DNA of 64,000 nucleotides from Hemiscyllium ocellatum (lineage: Eukaryota): the NCBI RefSeq assembly GCF_020745735.1, contig NC_083422.1, positions 19,592,001 to 19,656,000 of the forward strand, given 5' to 3'. A program made the position numbers and the translations under genes. The notes under the pieces were generated by a model, which saw only the letters and a list, made by a program, of their open reading frames with translations, was not told where the DNA came from and made no database searches. Within the stretch, counting starts at the first letter, position 1. Each line of letters opens with the position of its first letter. This document shows positions 49,095 to 61,300 of the stretch, piece by piece.

Positions 49095-49303
49095 TTTCAA
49101 ACTTTCAGCTCAGCACTGTCCCCATGACTTGGCCGGACTTGTCTGACCTGCCTAGCTCCTTTTCCACCTATCCACTCCACCCTCTCTTCCCTGACCTATC
49201 AGCTTCATCTCCTCCCCCACTCACCCATTGTACTCTATGTGACTCTCTCCCCACCCCCACCCTCCCCTAGCTTTTCTCTTCACGCATCCGGCTCACTGCC
49301 TTT

Positions 49304-49339
49304 ATTCCTGATGAAGGGCTTTTGCCCGAAACGTCGATT
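49304..49339 (+). ncRNA. Minimal type I hammerhead ribozyme motif, intact core
   Basis: CTGATGA(49308-14)-A-GGGC-TTTT-GCCC-GAAA(49328-31)-C-GTC(49333-35). Confidence 0.75.
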
Positions 49340-49430
49340 TCGCTGCTCGTTGGATGCTGCCTGAACTGCTGTGCTCTTCCAGCACCACTGATCCAGAATC
49401 TGGTTTCCAGCATCTCCAGTCATTGTTTTT

Positions 49431-52400
49431 ACCCAACTGTAAAGCATGGGTCCTATTGCAAATTGATGTCTCCCTTGCATTCTCCCAAATATCCTCCCAT
49501 GCCTCTGAAGAAACTTCAACACCCAGATCTCTTTCCCACATCTTGCAGAGTCGATCAGACTCATCTGAGGTGGCACCCATCAATTGGTGATATAAAGTAT
49601 TGACAGAGAGTGTGCTCTTAGCCTTTAGTACCCCTCTTTCTATGTCAGATTTGTAGGGATCAGTCAAAAGTGTGGTCTTTTTTTGAATAAAATCTCTAAC
49701 TTGAAAAAAAAGAGGTCTCTATTAGGTAACTCATACTTCTGTACTAACTGATCGAAGGACATCATTACATCTCCCTCAAATAAATCACCCATGCAACATA
49801 CACCCCTAGCTGCCCAATGTTTAAATCCTAAATCTATCATACCTTGTTGAAAACTCGGCATACCCACTAAAGGTGTAAACAAAGATGTTTTGCCAATATT
49901 ACCTTCCCTCTGCTGAATTGCCCTCCATGCTTTAACAGTATTGATGACTACTGGGCTATGGCAATATTCCCTAACTGTCCTCACCTTGTCCAAAAACAGC
50001 AAACTGGTAAGGGGGCACCTTGCCTAGGAGACTTCGATACCTAGCCATATTGAAAGAGGATCCCCACAAACCCAATCACTTACTTAGGTCAAAAGTTAGC
50101 TTAATTGGTAGTTTTTAATGTCCGGAAGGTCTACTCTCCCCAATCTGTGAGGCAACTGCAGTTTGGCTAATTTAATGAGGGGCCGTTTACGGTGCCAGGT
50201 AAAGGAGCTGAACCAACTGTTCAGTCTCCTGAGTGTTTGTTTATTGAAAATCGGGTATAGCAAACGAGGGAGAATATTCATTTTAATAAGTGCCATCCGA
50301 CCCAACCATGGGACTGTAAATGTCTCCCATCTTTGGAGATCTTGTTTAATTTTTTCAAATACTTGAGTAAGATTGGCTTTGAACAGCCAAACCAGAAATG
50401 GAGTATTTCTGGCGTAAATCCAGAATATGCCCAAATACACAAAACCCCCCTGTGACCACCTAAATGGGAATCTTTGCTCACTCTCAAGAGCCAACTCTTT
50501 TGTAAGACCACCCATAGGCATAGCCTCTGATTTAGCAAAATTAATCTTATACCCTGAAAAAGCACCAAACGCGTGAATGCATTATATCAGGCAAGGCACT
50601 GAAACTGCTGGATTTGTCAAGAAAATTAGAACATCATCTGCATACAGCAAGATCTTATGTGATTTTTACCCCACTTCTGGAGCTGATATATTGAGATCCC
50701 CATGAATGGCCTCTGCCAATGGTTCAATCACCAACATAAAAAGTAATGGTGAAAGGGGACAGCCCTGCCGGCTGCCCCTAGAAATATTAAAATTTTCTTG
50801 ATCATACCCCGCTGGTAATGACTGCAGCAAGAGGTACACTGTATAGAACCTTTACCCACCTTATGAAAACTTCGCCCAGACCAAACCGGTCTAGAGTATA
50901 AAAAAGGTACGGCCACTCAACTCGGTCAAATGCCTTCTCTGCATCTAAAGAAATCACCAATCCCTGTATTGACTGCTGTTGACATGCTTGAATTACGTTA
51001 AGCAGCCTCCTAATGTTGTTGGAGGATCTGCGAACCTTTATGAAGCCCGTCTGATCCTCTTTAATAATAGAAGGTAACACAGTCTCCAGCCTTAACACAA
51101 GAACCTTAGAAAGGATCTTAAAGTCCACATTTAAGAGCGAGGTGGGCCTGTATGAAACACAGTCTTCCGGATCCTTCCCTTTTTTAAGGATAAGTGAAAT
51201 ATTGGCCTCTCAGATGGTGGGAGACAATCATGACTGTATGAATCAATAAACATATTCAACATCAGGCCTGACAGTATACTTATAAATTCCACATAGAATT
51301 CACTGGGAAGTCCATCAGGACCGGGCGCCTTTCCACTCTGAAGCTGCCTCACAGCTTCCCGCACTTCTTGCTCTGATAATGGAGCATTGAGAAAGGACTG
51401 TTGTTCAGGAGTCACACCCAGGAGCTTCAGATCTCTAAAAAAGGATTCCATTTTGGCCTGCCCCTCGTCACAATTCTCAGACTGATATAACTTAGAGTAG
51501 AATCTCTGGAACACCACACTAATCTTTTTAGAATCACATGTTAGGTTCCCATACGCTTCCCTAATCGTCGTAATGGTTTGTAGGGCACTTCTCTTTCTGG
51601 CAAGATATGCTAAGTATTTGCTTGGCTTGTCACCATGCTCATATAACCTTTGCTTTGCAAAAACCAGCTCCTTCTTTGCCATCTGCATGAGATGAAATTT
51701 AGTGCAGACCGCAGTGCTGTAATCCTCTGTAGTTTGACCAACAAGGGTCTGTTAAAATAAGCCTTCTCGGCTGCCTTCAACCATACTTCAAGCGGAGGTT
51801 GCTGCTCACCCTTCTGCTGCTTCCTACTTATGGAATATGAAATAACTAACCCTCTGGCATAAGCTTTGGCAGTTTCCCAGAGAACAGATGAACTATCAAC
51901 CGAGCCTATGTTGGTGTCTAGGAATGCCCGAAATTCCCGAAATACTCCACAAACTTGCTGTCCATGAGAATAAAGGGGTCCATTCGCCAGTATCTTGAAT
52001 CCACTGTAACATCCTTAATTTTAACCGTGAGGTACACTGGAGCATGATCAGAGATGGCAATATTGCCAATTGTACAAGATGCCACCAGATCCAGGGTTAC
52101 CGCAGGGGTCAGAAAAAAAATCAACCCTCGTGTGACATCTATGCGGTTTGGAGAAAAACGTGAAATCCCTACCTGTAGGGTGGAGACACCTCCAGACGTC
52201 CACCAATACTAATTCCCCACACAAACCCAATAACTGTTTAGTTTGTGCAGAGGGTAACGAGGGACCTTTAGGCAACCTGTCTACTTGGCGTCCATGAGGC
52301 AGTTAAAATCTCCCCCTATAATGATGTGCCGAGACTTGAGACTTATCAGTTTAGAAAAAGCATCTACCAAGAAATTAAGCTTAGGGGCAATAAACATTTA

Positions 52401-52729
52401 AAATGCCATATTCTTCCCTATTTATCAAGGCTTTAAGAATTACAAACCTCCCGTATGTGTGTCTTTAACACATTCCAACAATTTAAATGAGAGATTTTTC
52501 CTAACCAATATAGCCATTCCCCTACTTCTGGTATTAAATGATGAAAAATAAACTCGGTCAAAGCCATTCTGCTGTAATTTCAGATGCTCCTTATCATCCA
52601 AATGTGTCTCCTGCAACAAAGCAATATCCACCTTCTCCTTTCTAAGCCTCAAGAGTACCTTCTTCCTCTTAATTGGTGAGTGACTTCCATTGATATTCCA
52701 GGTACACCATTAATCAAATCGTTAGCCAT
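49431..52729 (-). pseudogene. L1 ORF2 (APE endonuclease + reverse transcriptase), disrupted
   Basis: ATG at 52729, WNING, DIALLQETH, ISDHAPV, GKAPGPDGLPSEFY, SLDAEKAFDRVEW, RQGCPLSP (about 50755-70), YADD (50633-44). Many frameshifts. Confidence 0.93.
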
Positions 52730-53331
52730 AATCTTCTGCAATTACATTTAAATTCCAGAGAGGAGGAACCCGAACCACAAATTGCTGATCCTTAATGTCG
52801 CATGATCCACCAAATATAAAAACTGCATAAACTAAAACCACTACATTTAACAAACATACAAAATTATTAAAAATAAAAAACAACAAAAACCAGAAAACAA
52901 ACCAACATATAAAGCACCAATAGCGCTGAGTAGGGGAACTCACCCCCCCCTCCCCACGCCCGGATGGGGCAACTACCTGTCCCAAACTGCCATAAATAGG
53001 CATCTAACCATCTCAACCACCTCTTCTCCCAGCTAGAGCCGCAACGCAAGCACAAGCTAAAAAGAATAAACACTCCATAGAATATCAATATGAATAAAAA
53101 AAACTTTTTATAAAAAAAAGGGAATAAATACCCCACCCATCCTTTGGAAGTCCTAACTTAGAAATTTAAAATGTACATCTTAACCACCGCCAGACATAGT
53201 TTGAACCAAATTATTATCAATAGATGTTTAAAAAAAGGGGAAAAACAAAGCTCCAACCGGATTTCCTCCATTTCTTTTACAGAATGATAAACACATACCC
53301 AAGCAACGATATTTATACATACTACAATTGT

Positions 53332-54121
53332 TTAACTTGGGTTAGTTTGTCCACAAAGTCTCTTGCCTTCTCCGATCCATCTAAGGTGATCCGAAGCACT
53401 GCCATATATCTCGGAGTACTGAATCCCAAGCTCCTTCAATCTTCTCTTGACACCATCATACGATTTTCCTTTCTGGATCACCGCTGCTGAAAAGTTCTGA
53501 AAAAACATGATCATAGACCCCTCGAAATTCAGGCCTTTAGATCCTTCCCCTGGATTCTGGAAGCCTCCATGACTCTCTCCTTATCCTGGTAATGATGGAA
53601 CCAAACCAGGAAAGGACGAGGGCGTTGACTCAAACCCGACCTCCGTGCTGTGACCCAGTGTGCCCCCTCTATCTTCAATCCTCTCTTGCCAGTCTCCAAG
53701 TCAAGGAATTTCGGAAGCCAATCTTCAACAAATTCTGCAGACAGCTCACCTTCCTTACCCTCAGGAAGACCGATGATCCAAATGTTTTTTCTCATGCCCA
53801 TGTTTTCAAGATCATCCACTTGGTCACGCAAATTACGAACCTGCGTCTTCAGGGCTTGGATCCTATCTTTGGATGAACTGGCATCAGCTTCCACCACTGT
53901 GACCCTGTGCTCCACCTCCTCTTCTCCAGGTCTCCCAGCTGCTGCTCATTCTTCTGCAGCATGAGAGAGACTGGAGCCAGCTTCTCTTCAATCTGTTTCC
54001 CCAACATCTCGCGAGATTTCGAGAGCTGGTTCACCAGGTCCTGGAGAGTAATCTGCTCTGAGGCTGTTGCAGGCTGAGCTGTAGGCACGGCCTCAGATGC
54101 TCCTCCTCCCTTTTTAGGCAT
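53332..54121 (-). pseudogene. L1 ORF1 (coiled-coil/RRM/CTD, Transposase_22-type), frameshifted
   Basis: MPKKGG..., VDDLENMGMRKNIWIIGLPEGKEG, PRPFLVWFHHYQDKERVM, IMFFQNFSAAV. Confidence 0.9.
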
Positions 54122-54309
54122 TTCTGGATAGCTGAAAATACAGATAAGTCAATTTTTAAATGTTTCTTGGGGCTCCACAATCTTTCCAACACCCCAAGAA
54201 ATCCTGATGACCTGGGTTGGGTGGGTTAAAGGAATGTCTTGCTCCTGCTGTGATGCGAAGCTCTGCAGTGTGATCTTCTCAGATCGCCACCACCTTAGAT
54301 CCCCCTCCC

Positions 54310-55455
54310 CACTACTCTTGACCCACTCCAATTTGCGTAACGGACCAGCAGATCCATGTCAGATGCCATATCACTTGCCCTTCACTCCTTCCTAGAACAT
54401 CTTAACATGAAGAACAGCTATGTAAGAATCCTACTCATTGACTACAGTTCAGTCTTCAACACTATTATTCCCTCGAGACTGATTACTAAACTTAGTGATC
54501 TCGGACTAAACCCCACTCTCTGCAACTGGACCCTCAGTTTCCTGACCCACAATCAGTGAAGACTGGGGACAATACTTCATCCTCAGCAATACTCAACACT
54601 GGAGCCCCCAAGGGGTACATTCTCAGCCCCTTACTGTACTCACTGTATACCCATGACTGCGTCGCCAAATACCAGACTAATGCCATTTACAAGTTCGCTG
54701 ATGACATCACAATAGTCGGTCGAATCTCAGATGGTGACAAAACAGACTACAGATGGGAGGTGGAAGAAATGAAGAAATGGTGCACTAACAGCAACCTAAC
54801 TCTCAATGCTGGCAAAATCCAGGAACTCATTATTGACTGTCAAGCTCCTGGGAGTGGTCATCCACAACAAACTTTCTAAAGACTCTTCATGTGGACGCAC
54901 TAGTTATAAAGGCCCAATAACGTCTCTTCTTCCTCAGGCAGCTGAGGAAGTTTGGCATGATGGTGAATACCCTTGGCAACTTTTATAGGTGCGCCATCGA
55001 GAGCATTCTGTCTGGATGTATCACTACCTGGTATGGCAACTGTACCATTCAAGATTGGAGACAGTTACAGAGAGTGGTGAATTCGGCCTGGACAATCACA
55101 AAGGCCAACCTCCCATCTATAGAATCCAACTACCAGACAAGGTAGTCAAGTAAAGGCTGGCAGCATTCTCAAAGATCCATCCCACCCTGGCAATGTTTTC
55201 CTACAACCTCTACCATCGGGGAGAAGGTACAGAAGCCTGAACACATGCACCAGCCAGTTTTGAAACAATTTCTACCCTACTGTTAGAATACTGAATGGAC
55301 TCACAAACTCTTAGCATTCGCCTGTACCTGTGTTTTTGTTTTTGCCGCTGTTTACCTATTATTTACTATCTATGCTACTTAACTATGTGATCTGCCTGTA
55401 TTGGCCACAAGACAAAGCTTTTCACTGTGTCAATTCAATTCAGTTCAATTCAATT
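54310..55455 (+). mobile_element. Rex1/Babar-clade LINE 3' fragment
   Basis: LDPLQFA...DAISLALH...[63 protein letters not shown]. (CAATT)n tail at 55430-55455. Confidence 0.9.
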
Positions 55456-55941
55456 ATGCAGTGAGATTGGGGAGACTTGCAAAACCAATAAGGTTGTCAT
55501 AGTAGGGGATTTTAATTTTCCTAACACAGACTGGGATTGCCAGAGAATTAAGGGCTTAGATGAGATGGAATTTGTTAAATGTGTTCAGGAGAGTTTCCTC
55601 AAGCAGTATATAGAGGGTCCTACTCGGGAAGGGGCAAAACCTGACCTCCTCTTGGGAAATAGGATAGGATAGGTGATGGGGGTGACAGTGGGGGAGCACT
55701 TTGGGACCAGCGACCATAGTTCCGCTAATTTTAAAATAGTTATAGAGAGGGATAAAACTGGTCCACAGGTTCAAGTTCTGAACTGGGGCAAGGCGAGCTT
55801 TGATGGAATTAGACAGGAGCTTGCATGGGTTTATTGGTGCAATTTGTTTGCAGCAAAGGGACCTCTGGCAATTGGGAGGTCTTTAAGAGTGAGATAGCTG
55901 GATTTCAAGGTTAATATGTTCCTTAGTGTGTGTGAAGAGCA

Positions 55942-56237
55942 TTAGATTAGATTACTTACAGTGTGGAAACAGGCCCTTCGGCCCAACAAGTCCACACCGA
56001 CCCGCCGAAGCGCAACCCACCCATCCCCCTACATTTACCCCACTACAGGCAATTTAGCATGGCCAATTCACCTGACCCGTACATCTTTGGACTGTGGGAG
56101 GAAACCGGAGCACCGGAGGAAACCCACGCAGACACGGGGAGAATGTGCAAACTCCACACAGTCAGTCGCCTGAGTCGGGAATTGAACCCAGGTCTCTGGC
56201 GCTGTGAGGCAGCAGTGCTAACCACTGTGCCACCGTG
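55942..56237 (-). mobile_element. HE1-type V-SINE nested in CR1
   Basis: Young reverse copy. GTGAAG occurs near both junctions. Confidence 0.96.
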
Positions 56238-56517
56238 AAGGTTGGCAGGAATCGGGAACCCTGGATGACAAGAAATATTGAGGCTTTGATGTGAAAAAAG
56301 GTGGCATGGCTCAGGTACAGGCAGCTGGGATCGAGGGAATTCCTTGAGGTATATTGGGAATAGGGGAATTTACTGAAAAAGGAAATCAGGAGGGTGAAAA
56401 GGGGGCATGAGAAAGCCTTGGCTGAGAAGATTAGGGTGAATCCAAAGAGGCACTTTAATTTTATTAAAGGAAAAAGAATAAGCAGAGACAGAATAGGGCC
56501 CCTCAAGGACCAAAGTG

Positions 56518-56912
56518 AACAGAGGCTGAGGGGTGACCTTATAGAGGTTTACAAAATTATGAGGGGCATGGATAGGATAAATAGACAAAGTCTTTTCCCT
56601 GGGGTCGGGGAGTCCAGAACTAGAGGGCATAGGTTTACGGTGAGAAGGGAAAGATATAAAAGAGACCTAAAGGGCAACTTTTTCACGCAGAGGGTGGTAC
56701 ATGTATGGAATGAGCTGCCAGAGGATGTGGTGGAGGCTGGTACAATTGCAACATTTAAGAGGCTTTTGGATGGGTTTATGAATAGGAAGGGTTTGGAAGG
56801 ATATGGGCCGGGTGCTGGCAGATAGGACTAGATTGGGTTGGGATATCTGGTCGGCATGGACAGGTTGGACCGAAGGGTCTGTTTCCATGCTGTACATCTC
56901 TATGACTCTATG
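56518..56912 (+). mobile_element. Young CR1/HER1 3' fragment nested in older CR1
   Basis: QRLRGDLIEVYKIMRG...FFTQRVVHVWNELP, 3' UTR, (CTATGACT) tail. Confidence 0.92.
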
Positions 56913-57706
56913 TATGTGTAGAACTGCAGGAGATGGGTATGGTTCTCAATGAATATTTCTCCTCAATGTTTACCATGGAGAAAGACATGGGAACCCGGGG
57001 AATTCAGTGGTGATGTCTTGGGGACAGTCCATATCACAGTAGAGGAGGTGTTGGAAGACTGAAGGGTAGTGAATATTTTGCCCTTATTTACAAAGGGATG
57101 CAAAGAAAAGTCTGAGAACTATAGACCTGTAAGCATAACATCTGTCGTAGGTAAATTACTTGGGAAGATTCTGAGGGATAAGATATACATGGGCAGACAG
57201 GGTTTGATTAGAAATAGTCAGCATGGTTATGTGAGTGGGAAATCATGCCTTACAAATTTGTTAGAGTTCTTTGTTGAAGTGACCAGAAAGGTTGAAGAGG
57301 GCAGGGTGGTAGACGTAATCTATATAGATTTCAGCAAGGCCTTCAATAAGATTCCACATGGTAGGCTGCTCTGGAAGGTTAGATTGCATAGAATCCAGGG
57401 TGCGCTGGCAAATTGGATACACAATTGACTTGATGGTAAGAAATAGAGGGTAACAGTGGAAGGACGCTTTTCAGATTGGAGGCCAGTGACTAGTGGAATG
57501 CCTCAGAGTTTGGTGCTGGGCCCATTACTGTTTGTTTTCTATATCAATGATTTGGATGAGAATGTACAAGCCTTGATTGTAAGGTTGCTGATGACATTAA
57601 ATTAGGCAGCATCATGGACAGTAAGAAAAGTTATCAGAACTTGCAGCAGGACCTTGATCAGCCGGGGAAGTGGGCCGAGAAATGGCAAATGGAGTTTAAT
57701 ACAGCT

Positions 57707-57990
57707 GCACTGCTGCCTCACAGCAGTAGGTTCGATTCCACCCTCAGGTGACTGTCTGTATGGAGTTTGCACATTCTCCACGTGTCTGCGTGGGTTTCCT
57801 CCGGGTGCTCCAGTTTCCTCCCACAGTCCAAAGATGTGCAAGTCAGGTGAATTGGCTATGCTAAATTGCCCATAGTGTTAGGTGGATTAGTCAGAGGGGA
57901 AATGGGTCTGGGTGGGTTACTCTTCGGCGGGTCGGTGTGGACTGGTTGGGCCGAAGGGCCTGTTTCCACACTGCAGGGAATCTAATCCAA
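57707..57990 (+). mobile_element. HE1-type V-SINE nested in CR1
   Basis: 5'-clipped head, V-domain, tail. It splits the host MEFN...EVLHFG. Confidence 0.95.
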
Positions 57991-58409
57991 AAAAAAGTTT
58001 GAAGTCTTGCATTTTGGAAAGTCATATCAAGGTAGGGGTTTCATGGTGAATGATAGGACCTTAAGGACTGTAATGGAACAGATGGACATTGAAGTTCAGG
58101 TTCACAATTCTCTGAAAGTGCAGTCAAGTTAGACAAGGCAGTAAAGAAAACTTTTGGCACACTGATCTTCATTGAATATAGAAATTGGGAAGTTATGTTG
58201 CATTTGTACAGGATATGGATGAGGCCGCACTTCGATATTGTGTTCAGTTTTGGTCATCTTAAAGGAAGGATGTTATTAAACTGGAAAGAGTGCAGAAGAA
58301 ATTTACAAGGGTATTGCCTGGACTCAATGGTCTGAGTTTTAGGGAGAGGTTGGACAAGCTAGGACTTTTTTCTTTAGAGCATAGGAGACTGAGAGGGGAC
58401 CTAATAGAG

Positions 58410-59238
58410 TCACAGAGTCATAGAGATGTACAGCACAGAAACAGACCCTTCGGTCCAACTTGTCCATGCTGACCAGATATCCCAACCCAATCTAGTCCCA
58501 CCTGCCAGCATCCGGCCCATATCCCTCCAAAACCTTACTATTCATATACCCATCCAGATGCCTTTTAAATGTTGCAATTGCATTGGCCTCCACCACTTCC
58601 TTTGGCAGCTCATTCCGTACATGTACCACCCTCTGCGTGAAAAAGTTGCCCTTTAGGTCTCTTTTATATCTTTCCTCTCACCCTAAACCTATGCCCTCTA
58701 GTTATGGACTCCCCAACCCCAGGGAAAAGACTTTGTCTATTTACCCTATCCATTTCCCTCATGATTTTATAAACCTCTATAAGGTCACTCCTCAGCCTCT
58801 GATGCTCCAGGGAAAACAGCCCCAGCCTATTCAACCTTTCGCTGTAGCTCAAATCCTCCAGCACTGGCAACATCCTTGTAAATCTTTTCTGAACTCTTTC
58901 AAGTTTCACAACATCTTTCTGATAGGAAGGAGACCAGAATTGCATGCAATATTCCACAATGGCCTAACCAATGTCCTGTTCAGCCGCAACATGACCTCCC
59001 AACCCCTGTACTCAATACTCTGACTAATAAAGGAAAGCATACCAAACGCTTTCATCACTATCCTATCTACCTGTGACTCCAATTTCAAGGAGCTATGAAC
59101 CTGCACCCCAAGGTCTCTTTGCTCAGCAGCACCCCTTAGGACCTTACTATTAAATGTATACGTCCTACTAAGATTTGCTTTTCCAAAATGCAGCACCTCA
59201 CATTTATCTAAATTAAACTCCATCTGCCAGTTCTAAGC
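58410..59238 (-). mobile_element. Young CR1/HER1 3' fragment nested antisense in older CR1
   Basis: Minus-strand MEFNLDKCEVLHFG...EYCMQFWSP...LGLFSLEHQRL. TSD CCT(A/T)ATAGAG at 58400-58409 and 59239-59248. Confidence 0.93.
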
Positions 59239-61097
59239 CCTTATAGAGGTGTATATGATCATGAAAGGCATGGATAGGGTGAATGCACTCAGTCTTTTTC
59301 CCCAGGGTTGGGGAATTGAGGACTGGAAGGCATCAGCTTAAGGTTAGAAGCTAAAGAATAAAAGTGAACCTGAGGGGCAACCTTTTTACACAGAGGGTGG
59401 TACGCATATGGAATGAGCTGCCAGCAGAAATGGTTAGGGGGGGGATACATTAATCACTATTAAAAGACATTTGGACAAATACATGGATATGAAATGGATT
59501 AGAAGGATATGGGCCAAATGCAGGGAAATGGAGTCAGCGTGGATGGACATTTTAATCGGCATGGACCATTTTGGGTTAAAGGGCCTGTCTCCGTGCTGTA
59601 GGACTCTATGATTCTGTGATTCTATTGTGGTACATGGGACATCCAACATGTATCATTGCAATATAGTCAAATTATCAAAATAATACCTGCCAATCTCCAT
59701 GGGATTAAATCGTAAATTTTAGAAAGGCCACCACAAACACCACTTTCTCTACCACACAAAAAGCAAAGTTTTAATCATGGAAGTGAATAAAGGTTTAGAC
59801 TGCAAAATTGGAATGAATACCACATAGTTCTTTTCTACATAAAACATGAAAATGTTTGGTAGAGTAATAAAGCTATGAAATCACATGAGAAACATTTGGA
59901 TCTTGTGGTGAGGGGTACAACTTCTTACTGAATGGAGGAGTTGAAATCACAATTTTAATCGATACATTTATTGTGACTTTGGGAGCCAAAGAGAAAGAAA
60001 CTTAATGTAAATCTACAAAACTCAGGGTCACCCTTTCCCTTGACAGTCAGTATTTTTAATTGTCAATAGGCATTTAGAAAATGCTTAAATTGCTGTGCAA
60101 GCTTTACACTTAACATAATGTTTGAGCTTACAACGTTTATATCATTAGGAAAATACGTCTTCTATTTTGCATGTTCGTTAAAGCAAGAGTTTAAGAAACG
60201 CCAAATTGAACATTAAAGTAGTACACTTAATTTGTAGGTTAAATGTCTTTGAGACACTCAAGGTAACAGCTTGCTGAGTACCTTATGTTAGGACAGATTA
60301 AAGATTGCAATTATAGGTTAATGACAAAATACATGGCAGGCAAGGCATTCTCACTAAACAAATCACTGGGAGAGAACAAGTTTAGATTGATTAATTCACA
60401 GTCTCATTTGTTAATGTGTTGTAATAATCGAACAACTGAAGAATGTAGCTGTTGACCTTGAGTAACCAGGCACCATTATGTAGTGTCGGTTTGATAAATT
60501 AGTGAAAGGGAATGTTTACCTAGATACTGTATCTTTTACTGTTTTTTAAAGTCCTGTCAATACTTGTAATGTCGTATATGGCAAACAGAGGAAACATTGA
60601 TCAAGTACAGTATATCATCACTCTGTAAATTGTCCAATTATGACACAGTAAATGCATCTTTATTATCTCATTGTATTAAAGCAAAGAGCATCACGACAAA
60701 CAAAGCTTTGAATAATTACTTTTAAAATATGTCAAACTTTGGTCAGTTTGGTATCTTGAAACACAGAGAGTCAAATGTTCAATTTTATATTAAATCTACA
60801 ATCAACAAGAGAATCTTCTGTCATTTACTGAAGTAAAATCTGTGCATTCACATTATGCTTCATTGCCCACTTTCAGCTTTTGCACAGAACTCTGTGTCAC
60901 TTTCTGACATCATATACATTAACAAACACTTAAGAAGTAATTTGACTGAATCATACATTATGCATTTTCAAGGAGATCATAGGTGTGAACAACTTCTGTT
61001 TACGTGTCAGTGCAGTTTTAACTCGACTGTTCAGTCTTCATTTTGTGACTGAGCTTCTGAAAAATATCAGATATGTTTGATAGGAATAAGAACAATA

Positions 61098-61300
61098 AGA
61101 GCTCAAAGACTATATGGCTGTACACTGCAACTATTCACTTTTTAGAGACCTTGAGTTAAAATCCAACCTGGGGCTTGGCATTAAACACCATCCTTCACTG
61201 ATGGCTGTTATGGATAATCAGGAGCAGAAATTTTTGGCAGTCTCAGTTTACTCACAGTGGATATGAGTCAACAGGATAGAGTTAATGCCAACTGCACCAG
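61098..61300 (+). mobile_element. LF-SINE-like ancient SINE relic
   Basis: Collinear blocks ttcactttttagagaccttgagttaaaatccaacctgg / ctgatggctgtt / ttggcagtctcagtttactcacagtgga resemble the recalled LF-SINE 5' half. Confidence 0.5.

Larger units (their letters stand above)
48683..49430 (+). mobile_element. Chimeric PLE copy F (inverted arm of one subfamily, body and terminus of another)
   Basis: Left arm 48683 to about 48890 resembles copy A. The right terminus differs (…CACCACTGATCCAGAATCTGGTTTCCAGC). GIY-YIG remnant present. No convincing TSD. Confidence 0.85.
49431..54309 (-). mobile_element. L1-clade LINE, 5'-intact and 3'-truncated
   Basis: 5' UTR starting GGGAGGGGGATCTAAGGTGGTGGCG, ORF1, about 600-nt T-rich spacer, ORF2 (APE + RT). 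Cut at 49431 by the PLE. Confidence 0.93.
55456..59625 (+). mobile_element. Long CR1/HER1 LINE (EN-RT-3'UTR) with four nested insertions
   Basis: VIVGDFNFP..DW, GTSDH, ENYRPVSITSVVGK, IYIDFSKAFNKIPH, LGLFSLE. Tail ending ctatgattct. Confidence 0.93.

Noticed and set aside
48670-49441. AACTGTA on both sides of PLE copy F as a TSD
   Set aside because: Only 7 bp, offset from the left junction, and the right copy is part of the L1 ORF2 sequence.
56394-56825. 143-aa ORF as a real gene
   Set aside because: In-frame chimera of two nested CR1 pieces.
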